Part shown: positions 31,688 to 43,057 of the stretch, one piece after another
Layout of the letters: every line of letters starts with the position of its first letter
Position numbering within the stretch: the first letter of the stretch is position 1
Assembly (NCBI GenBank): GCA_051418015.1
Contig: JBPRGF010000003.1
Location: 128,001 to 192,000 of the forward strand
From: Candidatus Nitrospinota bacterium M3_3B_026
GTDB lineage: Bacteria > Nitrospinota_A > UBA7883 > JBPRGF01
DNA length: 64,000 nucleotides
Reading direction: 5' to 3'
The notes under the pieces: generated by a model
What the model was told of the DNA's origin: nothing
Databases searched by the model: none
What the model saw: only the letters and a program-made list of their open reading frames with translations
Position numbers and translations under genes: made by a program

Positions 31688-32938
31688 TCAGCTGGCCTGT
31701 TTTTCGCCCTGCTTCTCGTAGAGGAGAAGGGGCCGTTCGCGTTTCAGTATCACGTCCTCGTTCACTATGCATTCGGTGACCTCCGGCTGGCCGGGAAGGT
31801 CGTACATGGATTCGAGCATGGTCTCCTCCATGATGGCCCGCAGGCCACGGGCACCCGTCTTGCGCCGGACGGCCTCGCGGGCTATCTCCGCCAGGGCGCC
31901 GTCGGTGAACTTCAGCTTGATCCTCTCCAGGTCCATGAACTTCTGGAACTGTTTGACCAGGGCGTTCTTCGGCTCCGTGAGGATCTTTATCATCGACTCC
32001 TCGTCGAGGTCGTCCAGGGTGGCGAGCACCGGCAGCCTGCCGATGAACTCCGGGATCAGGCCGAATTTCAAGAGGTCCTCGGGCTGGGTGCGCCGCAGGA
32101 CGTCCCCTATGGAGGCGGTTTTCCTGTCCTTGAGTTTCGCGCCGAACCCCATGGTCTTTTCGCCGATCCGCTGCTCGATGATCTTCTCCAGCCCCACGAA
32201 GGCGCCCCCGCAGATGAACAGGATGTTCGACGTGTCCACCTGCATGAACTCCTGGTGCGGGTGTTTGCGTCCGCCCTGGGGCGGGATGGAGGCGATGGTA
32301 CCCTCGATTATCTTGAGCAGCGCCTGCTGCACCCCCTCGCCGGAGACATCGCGGGTGATGGAGGTGTTCTCGCTCTTCCTGGATATCTTGTCTATCTCGT
32401 CTATGTAGATTATGCCGCGCTCGACCTTTTCGATGTCGAAGTCCGCGGCCTGGCACAGGCGCAGGATTATGTTCTCCACGTCCTCGCCGACGTAGCCGGC
32501 CTCCGTCAGGGTGGTGGCGTCGGCGATGGTGAAGGGGACGTTCAGGAACCGGGCCAGCGTCTGGGCCAGCAGCGTCTTGCCGGAGCCGGAGGGGCCGATC
32601 AGCATGACGTTGCTCTTCTGCAGCTCCACCCCGTCGGGGGAGAGGTTGGCGTCGATCCGCTTGTAGTGGTTGTAGACGGCGACAGAAAGGATTTTCTTGG
32701 CGTGCTCCTGCCCGATGACGTAGTCGTCCAGGTAGGTCTTGATCTCCGAGGGCCTGGGAAGCTTCGTGGAGGAGGCGCCCTTCTCCTGGCTCCATTCCTC
32801 CATTATTATCTCGTTGCAAAGGTCTATGCACTCGTCGCAGATGTAGACCGTGGGACCGGCTATCAGCTTTTTCACCTCCGACTGGCTCTTGCCGCAGAAG
32901 GAACAGCGCAGGTTCCCTTCCTGTTTTGCCTTGCTCAT
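31688..32938 (-). CDS. clpX: ATP-dependent Clp protease ATPase ClpX
   Basis: CSFCGK zinc finger, [21 protein letters not shown]. Confidence 0.97.
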   Translation of the reverse strand: MSKAKQEGNLRCSFCGKSQSEVKKLIAGPTVYICDECIDLCNEIIMEEWSQEKGASSTKLPRPSEIKTYLDDYVIGQEHAKKILSVAVYNHYKRIDANLSPDGVELQKSNVMLIGPSGSGKTLLAQTLARFLNVPFTIADATTLTEAGYVGEDVENIILRLCQAADFDIEKVERGIIYIDEIDKISRKSENTSITRDVSGEGVQQALLKIIEGTIASIPPQGGRKHPHQEFMQVDTSNILFICGGAFVGLEKIIEQRIGEKTMGFGAKLKDRKTASIGDVLRRTQPEDLLKFGLIPEFIGRLPVLATLDDLDEESMIKILTEPKNALVKQFQKFMDLERIKLKFTDGALAEIAREAVRRKTGARGLRAIMEETMLESMYDLPGQPEVTECIVNEDVILKRERPLLLYEKQGEKQAS

Positions 32939-32984
32939 ATGAGACTCCCCTGACCTTTCGAGTTGCACCTCCAGGGGCGAAGGG

Positions 32985-33635
32985 TCATTTCTTTCCGCCC
33001 TCTCCGCCCTTTTTCTTCATGGCTTTTTCTATCTCATGACGGGAAACTATCACCTCGTCGATGACTCCGTACTCTTTGGCCTCCTCGGCGCTCATGAAAT
33101 AATCGCGGTCGGAGTCCTTTTCTATCTGCGCTTTGGTCTTGCCGGTGTGATGGGCCATGACCTCGTTGAGGCGGTCCTTGATCTTCAGCGTCTCCTTGGC
33201 CTGTATGGCGATGTCCGACGCCTGCCCCTGGAAGCCGCCCGTGGGCTGGTGGATCATTACCCTGCTGTTGGGCAGGGCGTGGCGTTTGCCCTTCGTCCCC
33301 GCCGCAAGGAGCACCGCGCCCATGCTGGCGGCCTGGCCGATGCATATCGTCTGGATGTCCGGCTTGACGTACTGCATGGTGTCGTATATCGCCATCCCCG
33401 CCGTCACCACCCCGCCGGGGGAGTTGATATAAAGAAAAATGTCCTGGCCGGGGTCGTCGGCCTCCAGGAATATCAGCTGGGCTATGACAAGGTTGGCCAC
33501 GTGGTCGTCTATCGGCGTGCCAACGAAGATTATCCTGTCCTTCAGCAGCCTGCTGTATATGTCGTAGGAGCGCTCCCCGCGGTTGGTCTGCTCCACCACG
33601 ATGGGAACGAGCATCTGGGCTCTATGCGGGATCAT
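32985..33635 (-). CDS. clpP: Clp protease proteolytic subunit (start 33635 or 33614)
   Basis: [23 protein letters not shown]. Confidence 0.97.
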   Translation of the reverse strand: MIPHRAQMLVPIVVEQTNRGERSYDIYSRLLKDRIIFVGTPIDDHVANLVIAQLIFLEADDPGQDIFLYINSPGGVVTAGMAIYDTMQYVKPDIQTICIGQAASMGAVLLAAGTKGKRHALPNSRVMIHQPTGGFQGQASDIAIQAKETLKIKDRLNEVMAHHTGKTKAQIEKDSDRDYFMSAEEAKEYGVIDEVIVSRHEIEKAMKKKGGEGGKK

Positions 33636-33642
33636 GCCGCTT

Positions 33643-34959
33643 TCAGCTGTCTGGTTTCTCATTCTCCGCTTTCTCTACAATGGTGTCCTCGATTGTTATC
33701 TCGTCCATGATAGCGGCGTAGACCTTTTCCGAAAACGCCTGGCGGGCCACGCCGGAAAGGCCGTCCGACTCGGCGAGTTGACGCCTGGTCATCTCCGCGG
33801 TCTGGCCCATCATTCCGGCGATCTTCTCCACCTCGGCGTTTATGTCCTCTTCGCCGACTTCTATCCCCTTCTTCCTGCCGTAGGCCGAGAGTATCACCTG
33901 CTCTTTCAGCATCCGCTCGGCCTCTTCGGCGCTCTTCTCCTTCAGGGCCTCGCCCGTATAGCCGGCCTCCGCGAGGTCGATCCCCTGGCTCTTCAGCCTC
34001 TGCTCGTAGCGCTGGGCGAGGGCCTCGGCCTGCCTCTCCACGAGCGACGGCGCAAGCTCGAAGGGGTTGTCCTCTATCAGCCTGCTCAAAAGCGCCTCCC
34101 GCAGGTCGTTGTCCGCCGCGTCCCGGGCGCGCTTTTCCAGCAGGCCGCGAAGGTCTTCCCGGAATCCGTCCATCGTGTCGAATTCAGAGACCTCGCTGGC
34201 CAGCTGGTCGTCGGCCTCGGGCAGGACCTTGCGCTTTATCTCGTTTACCTTCACCTTGAAATCAAGCTCCGCCCCGGCAAGCTCGGGGTCGGGAAACTCC
34301 TTCGGCAGCGCGGCCTTGAACTCCCCGGCCTCGCCGCGGCTCATGCCGATTACTCCGGAGTAGAACCCGGCCAGCATGTTGTCTTCCGAGACCTGCACCT
34401 GCTTGTTCTCGCCCCGGAAATTCTCCACCGGCGCGCCGTCCCGCTCGGCGGAGTAGTCTATGATGGCGAAGTCGCCCTCCTCGACGGCCCTGTCCTCGAC
34501 GGGCTCGAACCGGGCCTGCCTCTCCCTGTAGTGGTCGATGATCCTGTCTATCTCCGTCTCGTCGACCTTCTGTATCTCGCGCTTCAGGGAGACCCCGGAG
34601 ACGTCCTTGAGCTCGACCTCGGGAAAAGTCTCCACCGTGGCGGTGAAGGTGAGGGGCTGATCGTCCTCTACCTTGATCTCGTCGACCATGGGGTCGCCCA
34701 CGGGACGGAGGTTATGGGTGTCTATCGCCTCCCGGTAGGCGCTCTGGATGAGCCGTTGCGCGGCGTCGCCCAGGACGGATTTGGAGTACATCTTCTCCAG
34801 TATACTCATGGGCACGCGCCCTTTCCTGAAGCCGGGCGCCGTGGCGGTCCTGGCCAGTTCGCGGTATATGGCGCTCTTCTCTTCGCTGACCTTCTCCGCG
34901 GGCACTTCCACGGTTATTTTCTTAACGCAGGGTTTTACTTCTTCAAGCTGTATCTTCAA
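33643..34959 (-). CDS. tig: Trigger factor
   Basis: PGFRKGRVP; tig-clpP-clpX synteny. Confidence 0.93.
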   Translation of the reverse strand: MKIQLEEVKPCVKKITVEVPAEKVSEEKSAIYRELARTATAPGFRKGRVPMSILEKMYSKSVLGDAAQRLIQSAYREAIDTHNLRPVGDPMVDEIKVEDDQPLTFTATVETFPEVELKDVSGVSLKREIQKVDETEIDRIIDHYRERQARFEPVEDRAVEEGDFAIIDYSAERDGAPVENFRGENKQVQVSEDNMLAGFYSGVIGMSRGEAGEFKAALPKEFPDPELAGAELDFKVKVNEIKRKVLPEADDQLASEVSEFDTMDGFREDLRGLLEKRARDAADNDLREALLSRLIEDNPFELAPSLVERQAEALAQRYEQRLKSQGIDLAEAGYTGEALKEKSAEEAERMLKEQVILSAYGRKKGIEVGEEDINAEVEKIAGMMGQTAEMTRRQLAESDGLSGVARQAFSEKVYAAIMDEITIEDTIVEKAENEKPDS

Positions 34960-34995
34960 CGTCTCCTCACCTCAAAATCTCAACCGTCCGGCTCC

Positions 34996-35079
34996 TGGTG
35001 CGAAAGGGGGGATTCGAACCCCCACGGGAATCCCACTGGATCCTAAGTCCAGCGCGTCTGCCAGTTCCGCCACTTTCGC
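34996..35079 (-). tRNA. tRNA-Leu (TAG)
   Basis: GCGAAAG acceptor stem, CTGGA-CTTAGGA-TCCAG anticodon arm, GGTTCGAATCC, encoded CCA. Confidence 0.95.
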
Positions 35080-35281
35080 TTGGTGGTCCGGCGCCCACCC
35101 GGGCGCCAAAAACGCCGACCACACTGCCCGAAAACCATTACGGCGCGCCGGACAGGCGCGATCGGCGGACGGATAAATTACAAAGCTGGTTCGCCAGATT
35201 TTTATTTTAACACGAGTATCGGGAATCGCGCCTGTTTAAAAAGGGGTTCCGCGTCCCGGCGGAGAGGGCGGGGGTTGCGAA

Positions 35282-35371
<90 letters not shown>

Positions 35372-35401
35372 AGGATGTGGGATCGGGCTGATCGAGACTC
35401 A

Positions 35402-35430
35402 AGTTTATGCTCTTCACGGCGCGTTTGCAA
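35402..35430 (-). promoter_or_regulatory. Putative sigma70 promoter of tRNA-Ser
   Basis: TTGCAA-17 nt-TAAACT. Confidence 0.55.
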
Positions 35431-35546
35431 GAAGACCTTTGGGCAACTGGCGGCGCTGGCCGGATTACTCAAAGGTCTCGTTTGCAAGGGCGCGCCCCGA
35501 ACGGATAGAATGTTTCGACGAGATCCATATACGTTCTCTGGTTGAA

Positions 35547-36407
35547 ATGGAAAAACCGCTCGCCTTGGGGATAATCGGCCATCCCATAGGCCACACCCTC
35601 TCGCCTCTCATGCACGCCGTCGCGGCCAGGAGCGCGGGCGTGTCCCTGGCCTACAGCGTCTACGACGTGAAGCCGGAAAACCTCCGCGCCGCCATGGAGG
35701 GCGTCCGGGCGCTCTCCATCGACGGGCTGAACGTCACCGTGCCGCACAAGGTGGACGTCATGGAGAGCCTGGACGAGATCACGGAAGAGGCGGCCCTGAT
35801 AGGAGCCGTGAACACGATCGTGAGAAAAGGCGGCAGGCTGACCGGATACAACACCGACGCCCACGGTTTTTTGACTTCCCTGAAAGAGAACGCGGGGACG
35901 GACCCCTCCGGCAAGAGCGTCCTGGTCTACGGCGCAGGCGGCGCCGCCAGGGCGATCGTGGTGGGGCTCGCGAGGGCGGGGGCTGGGCGGATCGTCATCG
36001 TCAACCGCGCGGAAGGCAAGGCCGAAAGGCTCGCGGAAAAGGTGAAAGGGCTGGGTCTCGGCGCGGAGGCGGAGGGGCTGGGGTTCTCCTCCAACAAATT
36101 GTTTGAATCGGTCCGCTCCGCCGATATAATTGTCAATACCACCGCCGTCGGCATGGAGGGCGTGGGAGGGCGCCTGCCGGCGATGGGTGGGGTAAGAAAA
36201 GGTCAACTGGTGGTGGACATCGTGTACCGCCCGCTAAAGACCCCTCTGCTTTCGCAGGCCGGAAAGGCGGGGGCGGACGCGCTGGACGGGCTCTGGATGC
36301 TCATACACCAGGGCGCCATGTCCTTCACGCTGTGGACGGGCAAGCCTTTCCCCGCCGAGCGGGCGAGGAGGGCGCTGCTGGCCGAGCTGAGAGAAGAGTC
36401 TTCTTGA
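35547..36407 (+). CDS. aroE: Shikimate dehydrogenase
   Basis: GHTLSPLMH, NVTVPHK, GAVNT, YNTD, GAGGAARA. Confidence 0.93.
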   Translation: MEKPLALGIIGHPIGHTLSPLMHAVAARSAGVSLAYSVYDVKPENLRAAMEGVRALSIDGLNVTVPHKVDVMESLDEITEEAALIGAVNTIVRKGGRLTGYNTDAHGFLTSLKENAGTDPSGKSVLVYGAGGAARAIVVGLARAGAGRIVIVNRAEGKAERLAEKVKGLGLGAEAEGLGFSSNKLFESVRSADIIVNTTAVGMEGVGGRLPAMGGVRKGQLVVDIVYRPLKTPLLSQAGKAGADALDGLWMLIHQGAMSFTLWTGKPFPAERARRALLAELREESS

Positions 36408-36419
36408 GGAAACCGAAAG

Positions 36420-37496
36420 ATGGCGAAGATAGACGCGTTTTTCAAGCTGATGAACGAGCAGGGCGCCTCGGACCTGCACATGGTGTCCGGCCAGCAGCCG
36501 GTCCTGCGCATCCACGGCGAGCTGGAGCGGGTCAAGTACAAGACCCTGGAGGGCGAGGAGCTGAAAGAGATGCTCTACGAGATCGCCCCCGAGGAGAAGG
36601 TGAAGGTCTTCGAGGAGACAGGCGACATCGACTTCGGCTACGAGATACCCGGCCTGGCCCGCTACCGCGCCAATTTCTTCATGCAGAAATACGGCGTCGG
36701 CGCCGTCTTCCGCGAGATACCGTCGGAGATTCTCACCGCCGACCAGCTCGGCCTGCCGCCGATCTTCAAAAAGATCGCCGAGCTGAACAAGGGCCTGGTG
36801 CTGGTGACGGGGCCGACGGGGTCTGGTAAATCGACGACGCTGGCCGCGATCGTCGACCACGCCAACAAGACGCGCAAAGATCACATCCTCACCGTCGAGG
36901 ACCCGATAGAGTTCGTCCACAAGTCCCAGGGCTGCGTCGTGAACCACCGCGAGGTGGGCACGCACACGAAATCCTTCTCCGCCGCCCTGCGCGGCGCCCT
37001 GCGCGAGGATCCGGACATCATCCTCGTCGGCGAGATGCGCGACCTGGAGACCATCTCGCTGGCCCTGGAGGCGGCCTCCACGGGCCACCTGGTCTTCGGC
37101 ACGCTGCACACCCAGTCGGCGGCGAAGACGGTCGACCGCGTCATAGACGTCTTCCCGGCCAACCAGCAGGCGCAGATCAGGACGACGCTGTCGGAGACGC
37201 TGAAGGCCGTGGTGGCGCAGAACCTGTTCAAGAGGGTGGACAAGAAGGGCAGGTGCGCGGCCCTGGAGATACTGATATGCATCCCGGCGGTGGGCAACCT
37301 GATCCGCGAATCCAAAACCTTCCAGATACCCTCCACCATCCAGACCGGCAAGAAGTTCGGGATGCAGTCGCTGGACGACGCGATCATGGACCTTCTGCAG
37401 AAGGGCTGGATCAGCGCCGAGGAGGCCTACAACAAGGCGATCGAGAAATCGCGGTTCCTGCAGTTCCTCAAGGAGCCGCCGGACGTTTTCGGCTGA
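36420..37496 (+). CDS. pilT: Type IV pilus retraction ATPase PilT
   Basis: GPTGSGKSTT, EDPIEF, LREDPDIILVGEMRD, GHLVFGTLHT, NLIRE. Confidence 0.93.
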   Translation: MAKIDAFFKLMNEQGASDLHMVSGQQPVLRIHGELERVKYKTLEGEELKEMLYEIAPEEKVKVFEETGDIDFGYEIPGLARYRANFFMQKYGVGAVFREIPSEILTADQLGLPPIFKKIAELNKGLVLVTGPTGSGKSTTLAAIVDHANKTRKDHILTVEDPIEFVHKSQGCVVNHREVGTHTKSFSAALRGALREDPDIILVGEMRDLETISLALEAASTGHLVFGTLHTQSAAKTVDRVIDVFPANQQAQIRTTLSETLKAVVAQNLFKRVDKKGRCAALEILICIPAVGNLIRESKTFQIPSTIQTGKKFGMQSLDDAIMDLLQKGWISAEEAYNKAIEKSRFLQFLKEPPDVFG

Positions 37497-37501
37497 TCTC
37501 G

Positions 37502-38494
37502 TTGAGCGAAGCGAAGGAAGAAAAGACGCCCCGCGCCGCGGCGGATTTTTTAAGGCGGCGCGGCGGGCGGCTGCTCATCTCCACACACGTGAACCCCGAC
37601 GGGGACGGGCTCGGAGCCGTCATGGCCCTCAAGTGGGCCGTTCTCAAGCTCGGCGCCGAGGCGCGTATCGTGATCGAGTCCGCCCCGCCTGCTATGTTCG
37701 ATTTCTTCGAAAACTACCACTGGGTCGAAACACTGGGGCCGGAAACGCAAAACCTCGAAAAGTTCAACGCCGTGATAACCGCGGACTCGCCGACCCTGGA
37801 GCGGCTGGGGGGCGCGGCGGCGCTCATCGCGGACGGGGCGGCGATCCTGAACATCGACCACCACGTCTCCAACGAAAGGTTCGGCGCCGTAAATTACATC
37901 GACGAGTCCGCCTCGTCATCGGCGGAGCTTGTATACCTTGTGATAAAAGAGCTGGGGCTTGCCCTGGAGCCGTCCGCGGCGGAGTACCTCTACGCGGGGC
38001 TCATAACAGACACCGGCAGGTTCCGCTTCTCCAACACCTCCCCCGCCGCCCTGCGCGCCGCGGCGGAGCTCGTGGAGGCCGGGGCGCGGCCCGAGAGGAT
38101 ATCGGAGAGGATGTACTACAACAACACGCCGGAGACCATCGGCGCCCTGGGCGAGCTGCTGCTCTCCGTGGAGCTTCACCTCGGCGGCAGGGTGGCGACC
38201 TGCCAGTTCGGCCTGGAGAGGGTTAAAAGCGAAAGCTGGGACAGGGTGGAGACGGAGGGGTTTGTAAACTACCCTCTGTCGATACATGGCGTGGATGTGG
38301 CCATCATGCTGCGGGAGGTGGAGCCGGGGGTCACGCGGGCGAGCCTCCGGTCAAAGACGGATTTCGACGTCAACGCGCTGGCGAACGTGTTCGGCGGCGG
38401 GGGGCACGCCAAGGCCGCGGGATGCTCCATAGACGCCCCTCTGCAAGAGGCCAGGAAGGCGTTGCTCGAACAGGCTGCCGCGCGGCTCGGCTGA
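37502..38494 (+). CDS. nrnA: DHH/DHHA1 phosphoesterase (NrnA-like oligoribonuclease/pAp phosphatase)
   Basis: HVNPDGD, IDHH, TDTGRF, SLRS, GGGGHAKAAG; probable TTG start. Confidence 0.88.
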   Translation: MSEAKEEKTPRAAADFLRRRGGRLLISTHVNPDGDGLGAVMALKWAVLKLGAEARIVIESAPPAMFDFFENYHWVETLGPETQNLEKFNAVITADSPTLERLGGAAALIADGAAILNIDHHVSNERFGAVNYIDESASSSAELVYLVIKELGLALEPSAAEYLYAGLITDTGRFRFSNTSPAALRAAAELVEAGARPERISERMYYNNTPETIGALGELLLSVELHLGGRVATCQFGLERVKSESWDRVETEGFVNYPLSIHGVDVAIMLREVEPGVTRASLRSKTDFDVNALANVFGGGGHAKAAGCSIDAPLQEARKALLEQAAARLG

Positions 38495-38529
38495 CCGTCC
38501 ATCAGCCCCCCCCCGGTTGGGTGTGGAGC

Positions 38530-39105
38530 CTAGGGTTTTTTCACCCGCGCCACGCCGGTCCTTTGTATCTCCACCAGGTAGGTGTCGGGGTCGGTGGTGG
38601 CCTGGCTGTCCATGGTTATGATGACCGGCATCGTCCCCTTCCCCGCGGCGTTTACCGACTTTATGGTCCCGTCGGAGCCTATGGCCACGGTGGTCACCGC
38701 CCCCCCGCCATCGGCGGCGGTCTTGATATACGCCCGGGTGTAGCTTTGCGGAATGATCGTGGTCGTCAGGACGGTGTCGCCAAGGTAATCACCGTCCGTG
38801 TCCTCCATGACGCTTATGGAGGAGGAGGACGTGGACCCGACGCTGTTCAGGGCGAGCACCATCACGCCGTTTTTCCTGACCGCCTCGGCGCGGGCCTGCT
38901 GGAAGCGCATGACGATCTCGTTGGCCGCCCCCTCGAGCCGCCACCGGGGCAGCGAGCCGGTGATGGACCAGGACGCGTAGGCGAAGATTATCCCCAGTAT
39001 GCTGATGGTAACCAGCAGCTCGATGAGGTGAAACCCACCGCGGCCGCCGGCCGTCCGCCCCGGCCTACTCAGAGAACACCTCGCTCCAGGAGCTGACGGA
39101 CACAT
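38530..39105 (-). CDS. FimT/FimU/GspH-like minor pilin
   Basis: Prepilin site GG/FHLIELLV, QQARAEAV helix; GGAGG RBS lies inside the pilY1 3' end. Confidence 0.8.
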   Translation of the reverse strand: MCPSAPGARCSLSRPGRTAGGRGGFHLIELLVTISILGIIFAYASWSITGSLPRWRLEGAANEIVMRFQQARAEAVRKNGVMVLALNSVGSTSSSSISVMEDTDGDYLGDTVLTTTIIPQSYTRAYIKTAADGGGAVTTVAIGSDGTIKSVNAAGKGTMPVIITMDSQATTDPDTYLVEIQRTGVARVKKP

Positions 39106-42100
39106 CCCCGAATCCTCCCTTCTTGAGCTCGTGCTGGAAGTCGCCGCCGCCGCGGCCCTCCAGTTCGCCGTTGCCTGTCTTGATGTAAAGGTGCTGGTCC
39201 TCCACGATCGGCGTGGTGGTGACGTTGCCCACCTCCTCAGAGTGTACCACCGTGGGGCTGGTCTCGTCGGTCACCACGTCCAGGGCGTAGATCATGCCGG
39301 ACCCCGTGGCGCCGGAGACCGTCGGCGAGCAGGGGTCGTCGGTGTCGGCGGTGGTGGTGCCGAAATAGACCCTCCCCGCCGTGGCGAAGGCCGACGCGAA
39401 GACCCTGTGCCCCGGAGGCAGCGCCATGTTCCAGAGCATGGTCCCGGCGCCGCACGTTCCCTTGTTATCGTCGTCGCGGATGGCGTAGAAGTAGTATGTC
39501 TCCCCGGTCGCGTCGATCTGGTACGGGCTGTCGGACGTGCCGAAGAAGAGGTCGACCTTGTACTCCGTCTCGCCTGCGGCGTTGGTGGTGTTGCGGATCA
39601 TCACCGCCGGGGAGGCGTAGATCGGCTGCCCGGCGTCGAACAGGGTGCACACGTCTATGCTGTAGGTGGCGCTGTCGGGCTTGTCGGGCAGGACTATCTT
39701 GTACATGAAGCCCTTGTCCGTGCCTATGTACATCCTGTCCCAGAACCCGTTCCCGTCGGAGTCGACCGCCGCGGGCTGGCCCGAGGGCGTGCCGCCGAGC
39801 CCCAGCGCCGTGGAGTCGAGGTATATTCTTTCGAGGACCTCGCCGGTCTGGACGTCCAGCATGTAGATGGACGGATAGAGGGCGGGGTCATTGTTCACGC
39901 CGGAGACGAAGAAGGTGACCCACTTCTCGCCGGACGTCGACCATATCCGCCCGATCGGCCCCACCGATGGGGAGGAGCGCGACCTGTAGAGGTCGGGATC
40001 GGAGAACTCCCAGAGGAACAGCGGGTTGTCCGGGTCCGTCACGTCTATGCCGAAGACGGTGTCACCGCCGTTGCCCTCGGCGGTTATCATGACGGTGCGC
40101 CACGGGTTGCCGGCGGCGGTGTCGAACTTGACGTGCGCCACCGTCGGCGAGGCGTCAACGGCGGCCTGCTCGTTCTCCTCCAGGGCGTTGTTCTTGAGCT
40201 TGCCCATCAGGTTCAGCGGCAGGATGGCGTAAAGCTCGCTCCCGTCGCCGTAGTTCGGAGCCCCGGCGTCGTTCAGCGTCGAGCCGGACCGCGTCACCCA
40301 GTCATAGTACCCGCGGCTTATGATCATCTGCATGGCGCCCGTCACGGAGTTGCCGGGGAAGACGGGGACCTTGTTGCCCGTCCGCGGGTCGCTTATGGTC
40401 TGGGTGTTGATCGCCCCGGCGCTGGCGGTGCCCCGAACGCCCCGGAAAAGGTCCAGGTTCGCCGGGTCGCCGACGCCGCAGGGGTCCGTGGCGTCCAGCA
40501 TGGTCTCGTCCACGTGGTACGGCCGGTACTCGCCCGCGTAGAAAGCCTCCAGGAGGCCCGCCTTGGTTCCCACGAAGGCCACCGTCTTGCGTTTTCTCTG
40601 CAGGCAGCGGTACTGGTCGAAGCTGTCCCTGTCATCGTCGGACACGTCCAGACCGTAATACCAGGAGGGCAGGCCGGGCGCGCCCACGACGGCGGGGGTG
40701 CTGTGGTCTACGGCCCCCAGCAGCCATTCCTTCGGCGTCGCCGTGCCGTCGCGGTATCCCTGCGTCCAGCCAACCAGCCAGTCGGCGTCGTCTTCGCTGA
40801 AGGTGTCGTCTTCGTTGAAGTCATAGGTATAGTGCGTGCCGGTCTCGTCGGTGTATGTGCTGTTGTCGAGGGCCAGCATGTCCTTCGTGACGTTGACGGG
40901 AGTGAAGTCCATCATCGTCGGCGAGGTGGAGTACCACTGGTAGTCGGCCAGTACGGCGGCCCCGTTCGGCGGCGCCGTGTTGAAGGTTATGGAAAACTCG
41001 CCGGTATACCTGTTTATGGTCCCCGTCCCGGTCAGGCTCCCCTCGAGGGTTTTTGTCCTTTTGTCGATGAAGATCTCCACCCCGTCGGAGATGCTTATGG
41101 TGGAGTGGACCACGGGGCTGTCGGCCAGCGTCCCCGTGAAGGTCGTCGTGGATCCGTCGCCCGTCCCGATCAGCTCGTTGGTCACCTGGGTGACCGTCAT
41201 GTCCGGGTAGAGGATGCTCCTTGCGGCAGGACCCGTCGCCGTCACCACCTGCCCCGCGTCCCAGTTCAGCGCCGTGGCGTATCCGCCCAGGGGGTTCGTG
41301 GGATCGTAGAGCCTCGTGGAGGTCAGGTGGCCGCGAAGCTCCCTGTCGGTCCATCCGGCCGCGGGGGTCTCGAAGCTGGCGTCGTAGATCACGTTGGCCA
41401 CGATGGAGGGCGACGAACGGGAGAACTCCTCGTTCTTGGCGGCCTCGTAGGATATCTCCACGTCCCTTATGTCCGGGACGCAGTTCTCATCGCCGGAGAG
41501 CATCTCCGCCTTCCAGAGAAGCTCCCTGCCGGAAAGGCCCAGCTCGAGAAAGTTCACGGTTATCCGCCGGTAGGTCTCCTCCGGGTCGCCGTATGTCCAG
41601 CCCGACACGTCCGTTCCGCCCTTGTCGGGGGTCTGCGCCACGTCCCAGTCCTCGGGCAGGATCTCCACCCATGTCCCCCCCGCGTCCACGGAGAGGTAGT
41701 AGATAATCCTGGTTATCCCGGGATCCTTCCCGCAGGAGGAGCTCGGCATGAAGTCATGGACGCCGAAGGTGACGGAGGTGATGTAAGCGTCGACATCCGC
41801 CGGGCTCATCGCCTCCGACGCTTTCAGCTGGGCCACGCCGCCGGTCTTGCGCTCCACGAGAAAGACGAGGTCGTTGAAGTCCGCGTCACCGCCGCCGATC
41901 AGGTCCTCCACGCCGATGACCCACCGGAACGGGTCGTCAGGCGGCGCGGCGGCTATAAAATGGTTGTACTTCGTCCCCAGGGACACGGTCTTGGAGATCG
42001 TCCCCGAGAGCTGCAGGTCGAAGTAGCCGTTCGCCGGGTAGCCGCCCTTGCCCTCGGGGTTGCCCAGCCTGTCCCTGGCGGCTGTGGGGACGAAGCCCTG

Positions 42101-43057
42101 GGTGACTGTCGTCGGCGTGGTGGTGAAATCCTTGACCGCCGCCGGGCCGCCGTTTTCCGGCGCGGCGATGGAAAGATCGAACACCAGGTTGGCGTCGTCC
42201 CTGTCCGAGTCGGTCGGCGCCCAGGTGTCGGCGCTCCAGTCGTCCTTGGAGTAGAAGGTCTTGCCCGATATGTCGTCGTCGGCGTGGATGAAAAAGACTA
42301 TCTCCGTCCCGCCGCTGAAGTTGCCCAGCGAGACCCGCATGTCCCGCGGGTCCACCGTCGAGTCGTTGTTGGGGGAGAAGCCGTAGGAAGTCAGGCCGGC
42401 CTCGCTCAGGGCGCCCGTGCTCCCGCTCCAGAGCAGGTTGTCGGAGGCGTCGTATATGGAGTCCAGCACCCCGTCGCCGCCGGAGCAGCAGCCGCCGGTC
42501 TCCTGGTCGTCCTCTATCGTCCTGAACAGGTAGTTTATCGTAACCCCGGCGCTTACCAGGGAGCTGAAATTGAGCGTGCCGGATATCGGCCCGCCGAGCT
42601 TCGTCTCCGCCTCGTCCTTTACGAACCATCCAAGGCTGGACTTGTACCCGGCGCCCTCCAGCAGGAAGACCGCGGAGACGTCCTGGTCGAAGGGTATTAC
42701 TATGTTGTTCGGATCCAGCGTCTGCAGCCCCGTCTGCAGCGTCAGCTTGCCGTCGACGACGCTCACGGAGGTCAGGTCGTAATCCGCGGCGTCGAAGGAG
42801 CCTTCGGTCACCGATTGCTGGCCGCCCGCCACGCACCCAGTGGGCAGGCTCTGGGCGCAGGCCTCCTTCGGGTCGCCCACGAGGGAATCGCCCGCCAGAA
42901 GACCCGCCGCGGCAAGCGTCAGAACGATCGGGAGGATTCTGGCCGCCATGACGGTTTTGCCGAACCGTTCACGGCTTTTTCTCAACAAACTCCTTTTCCT
43001 CTCCGGCGCCGCGCCGAGGGCTTTGCTGAACATTTTCCGGCTCCTTCTCATGCTCAC
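39065..43057 (-). CDS. pilY1: PilY1/PilC-like pilus tip adhesin with an N-terminal DUF4114-type domain
   Basis: Signal peptide; VEDLIGGGDADFNDLVF; LGAVDHSTPAVVG; PLFLWEF; DSDGNGFWDRMYIG; SWSE C-terminus; follows pilV/W/X. Confidence 0.82.
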   Translation of the reverse strand: MSMRRSRKMFSKALGAAPERKRSLLRKSRERFGKTVMAARILPIVLTLAAAGLLAGDSLVGDPKEACAQSLPTGCVAGGQQSVTEGSFDAADYDLTSVSVVDGKLTLQTGLQTLDPNNIVIPFDQDVSAVFLLEGAGYKSSLGWFVKDEAETKLGGPISGTLNFSSLVSAGVTINYLFRTIEDDQETGGCCSGGDGVLDSIYDASDNLLWSGSTGALSEAGLTSYGFSPNNDSTVDPRDMRVSLGNFSGGTEIVFFIHADDDISGKTFYSKDDWSADTWAPTDSDRDDANLVFDLSIAAPENGGPAAVKDFTTTPTTVTQGFVPTAARDRLGNPEGKGGYPANGYFDLQLSGTISKTVSLGTKYNHFIAAAPPDDPFRWVIGVEDLIGGGDADFNDLVFLVERKTGGVAQLKASEAMSPADVDAYITSVTFGVHDFMPSSSCGKDPGITRIIYYLSVDAGGTWVEILPEDWDVAQTPDKGGTDVSGWTYGDPEETYRRITVNFLELGLSGRELLWKAEMLSGDENCVPDIRDVEISYEAAKNEEFSRSSPSIVANVIYDASFETPAAGWTDRELRGHLTSTRLYDPTNPLGGYATALNWDAGQVVTATGPAARSILYPDMTVTQVTNELIGTGDGSTTTFTGTLADSPVVHSTISISDGVEIFIDKRTKTLEGSLTGTGTINRYTGEFSITFNTAPPNGAAVLADYQWYSTSPTMMDFTPVNVTKDMLALDNSTYTDETGTHYTYDFNEDDTFSEDDADWLVGWTQGYRDGTATPKEWLLGAVDHSTPAVVGAPGLPSWYYGLDVSDDDRDSFDQYRCLQRKRKTVAFVGTKAGLLEAFYAGEYRPYHVDETMLDATDPCGVGDPANLDLFRGVRGTASAGAINTQTISDPRTGNKVPVFPGNSVTGAMQMIISRGYYDWVTRSGSTLNDAGAPNYGDGSELYAILPLNLMGKLKNNALEENEQAAVDASPTVAHVKFDTAAGNPWRTVMITAEGNGGDTVFGIDVTDPDNPLFLWEFSDPDLYRSRSSPSVGPIGRIWSTSGEKWVTFFVSGVNNDPALYPSIYMLDVQTGEVLERIYLDSTALGLGGTPSGQPAAVDSDGNGFWDRMYIGTDKGFMYKIVLPDKPDSATYSIDVCTLFDAGQPIYASPAVMIRNTTNAAGETEYKVDLFFGTSDSPYQIDATGETYYFYAIRDDDNKGTCGAGTMLWNMALPPGHRVFASAFATAGRVYFGTTTADTDDPCSPTVSGATGSGMIYALDVVTDETSPTVVHSEEVGNVTTTPIVEDQHLYIKTGNGELEGRGGGDFQHELKKGGFGDVSVSSWSEVFSE

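Noticed and set aside
37253..37501. Long N-terminal extension of the DHH protein
   Set aside because: It overlaps pilT in another frame; family similarity begins after the TTG at 37502.
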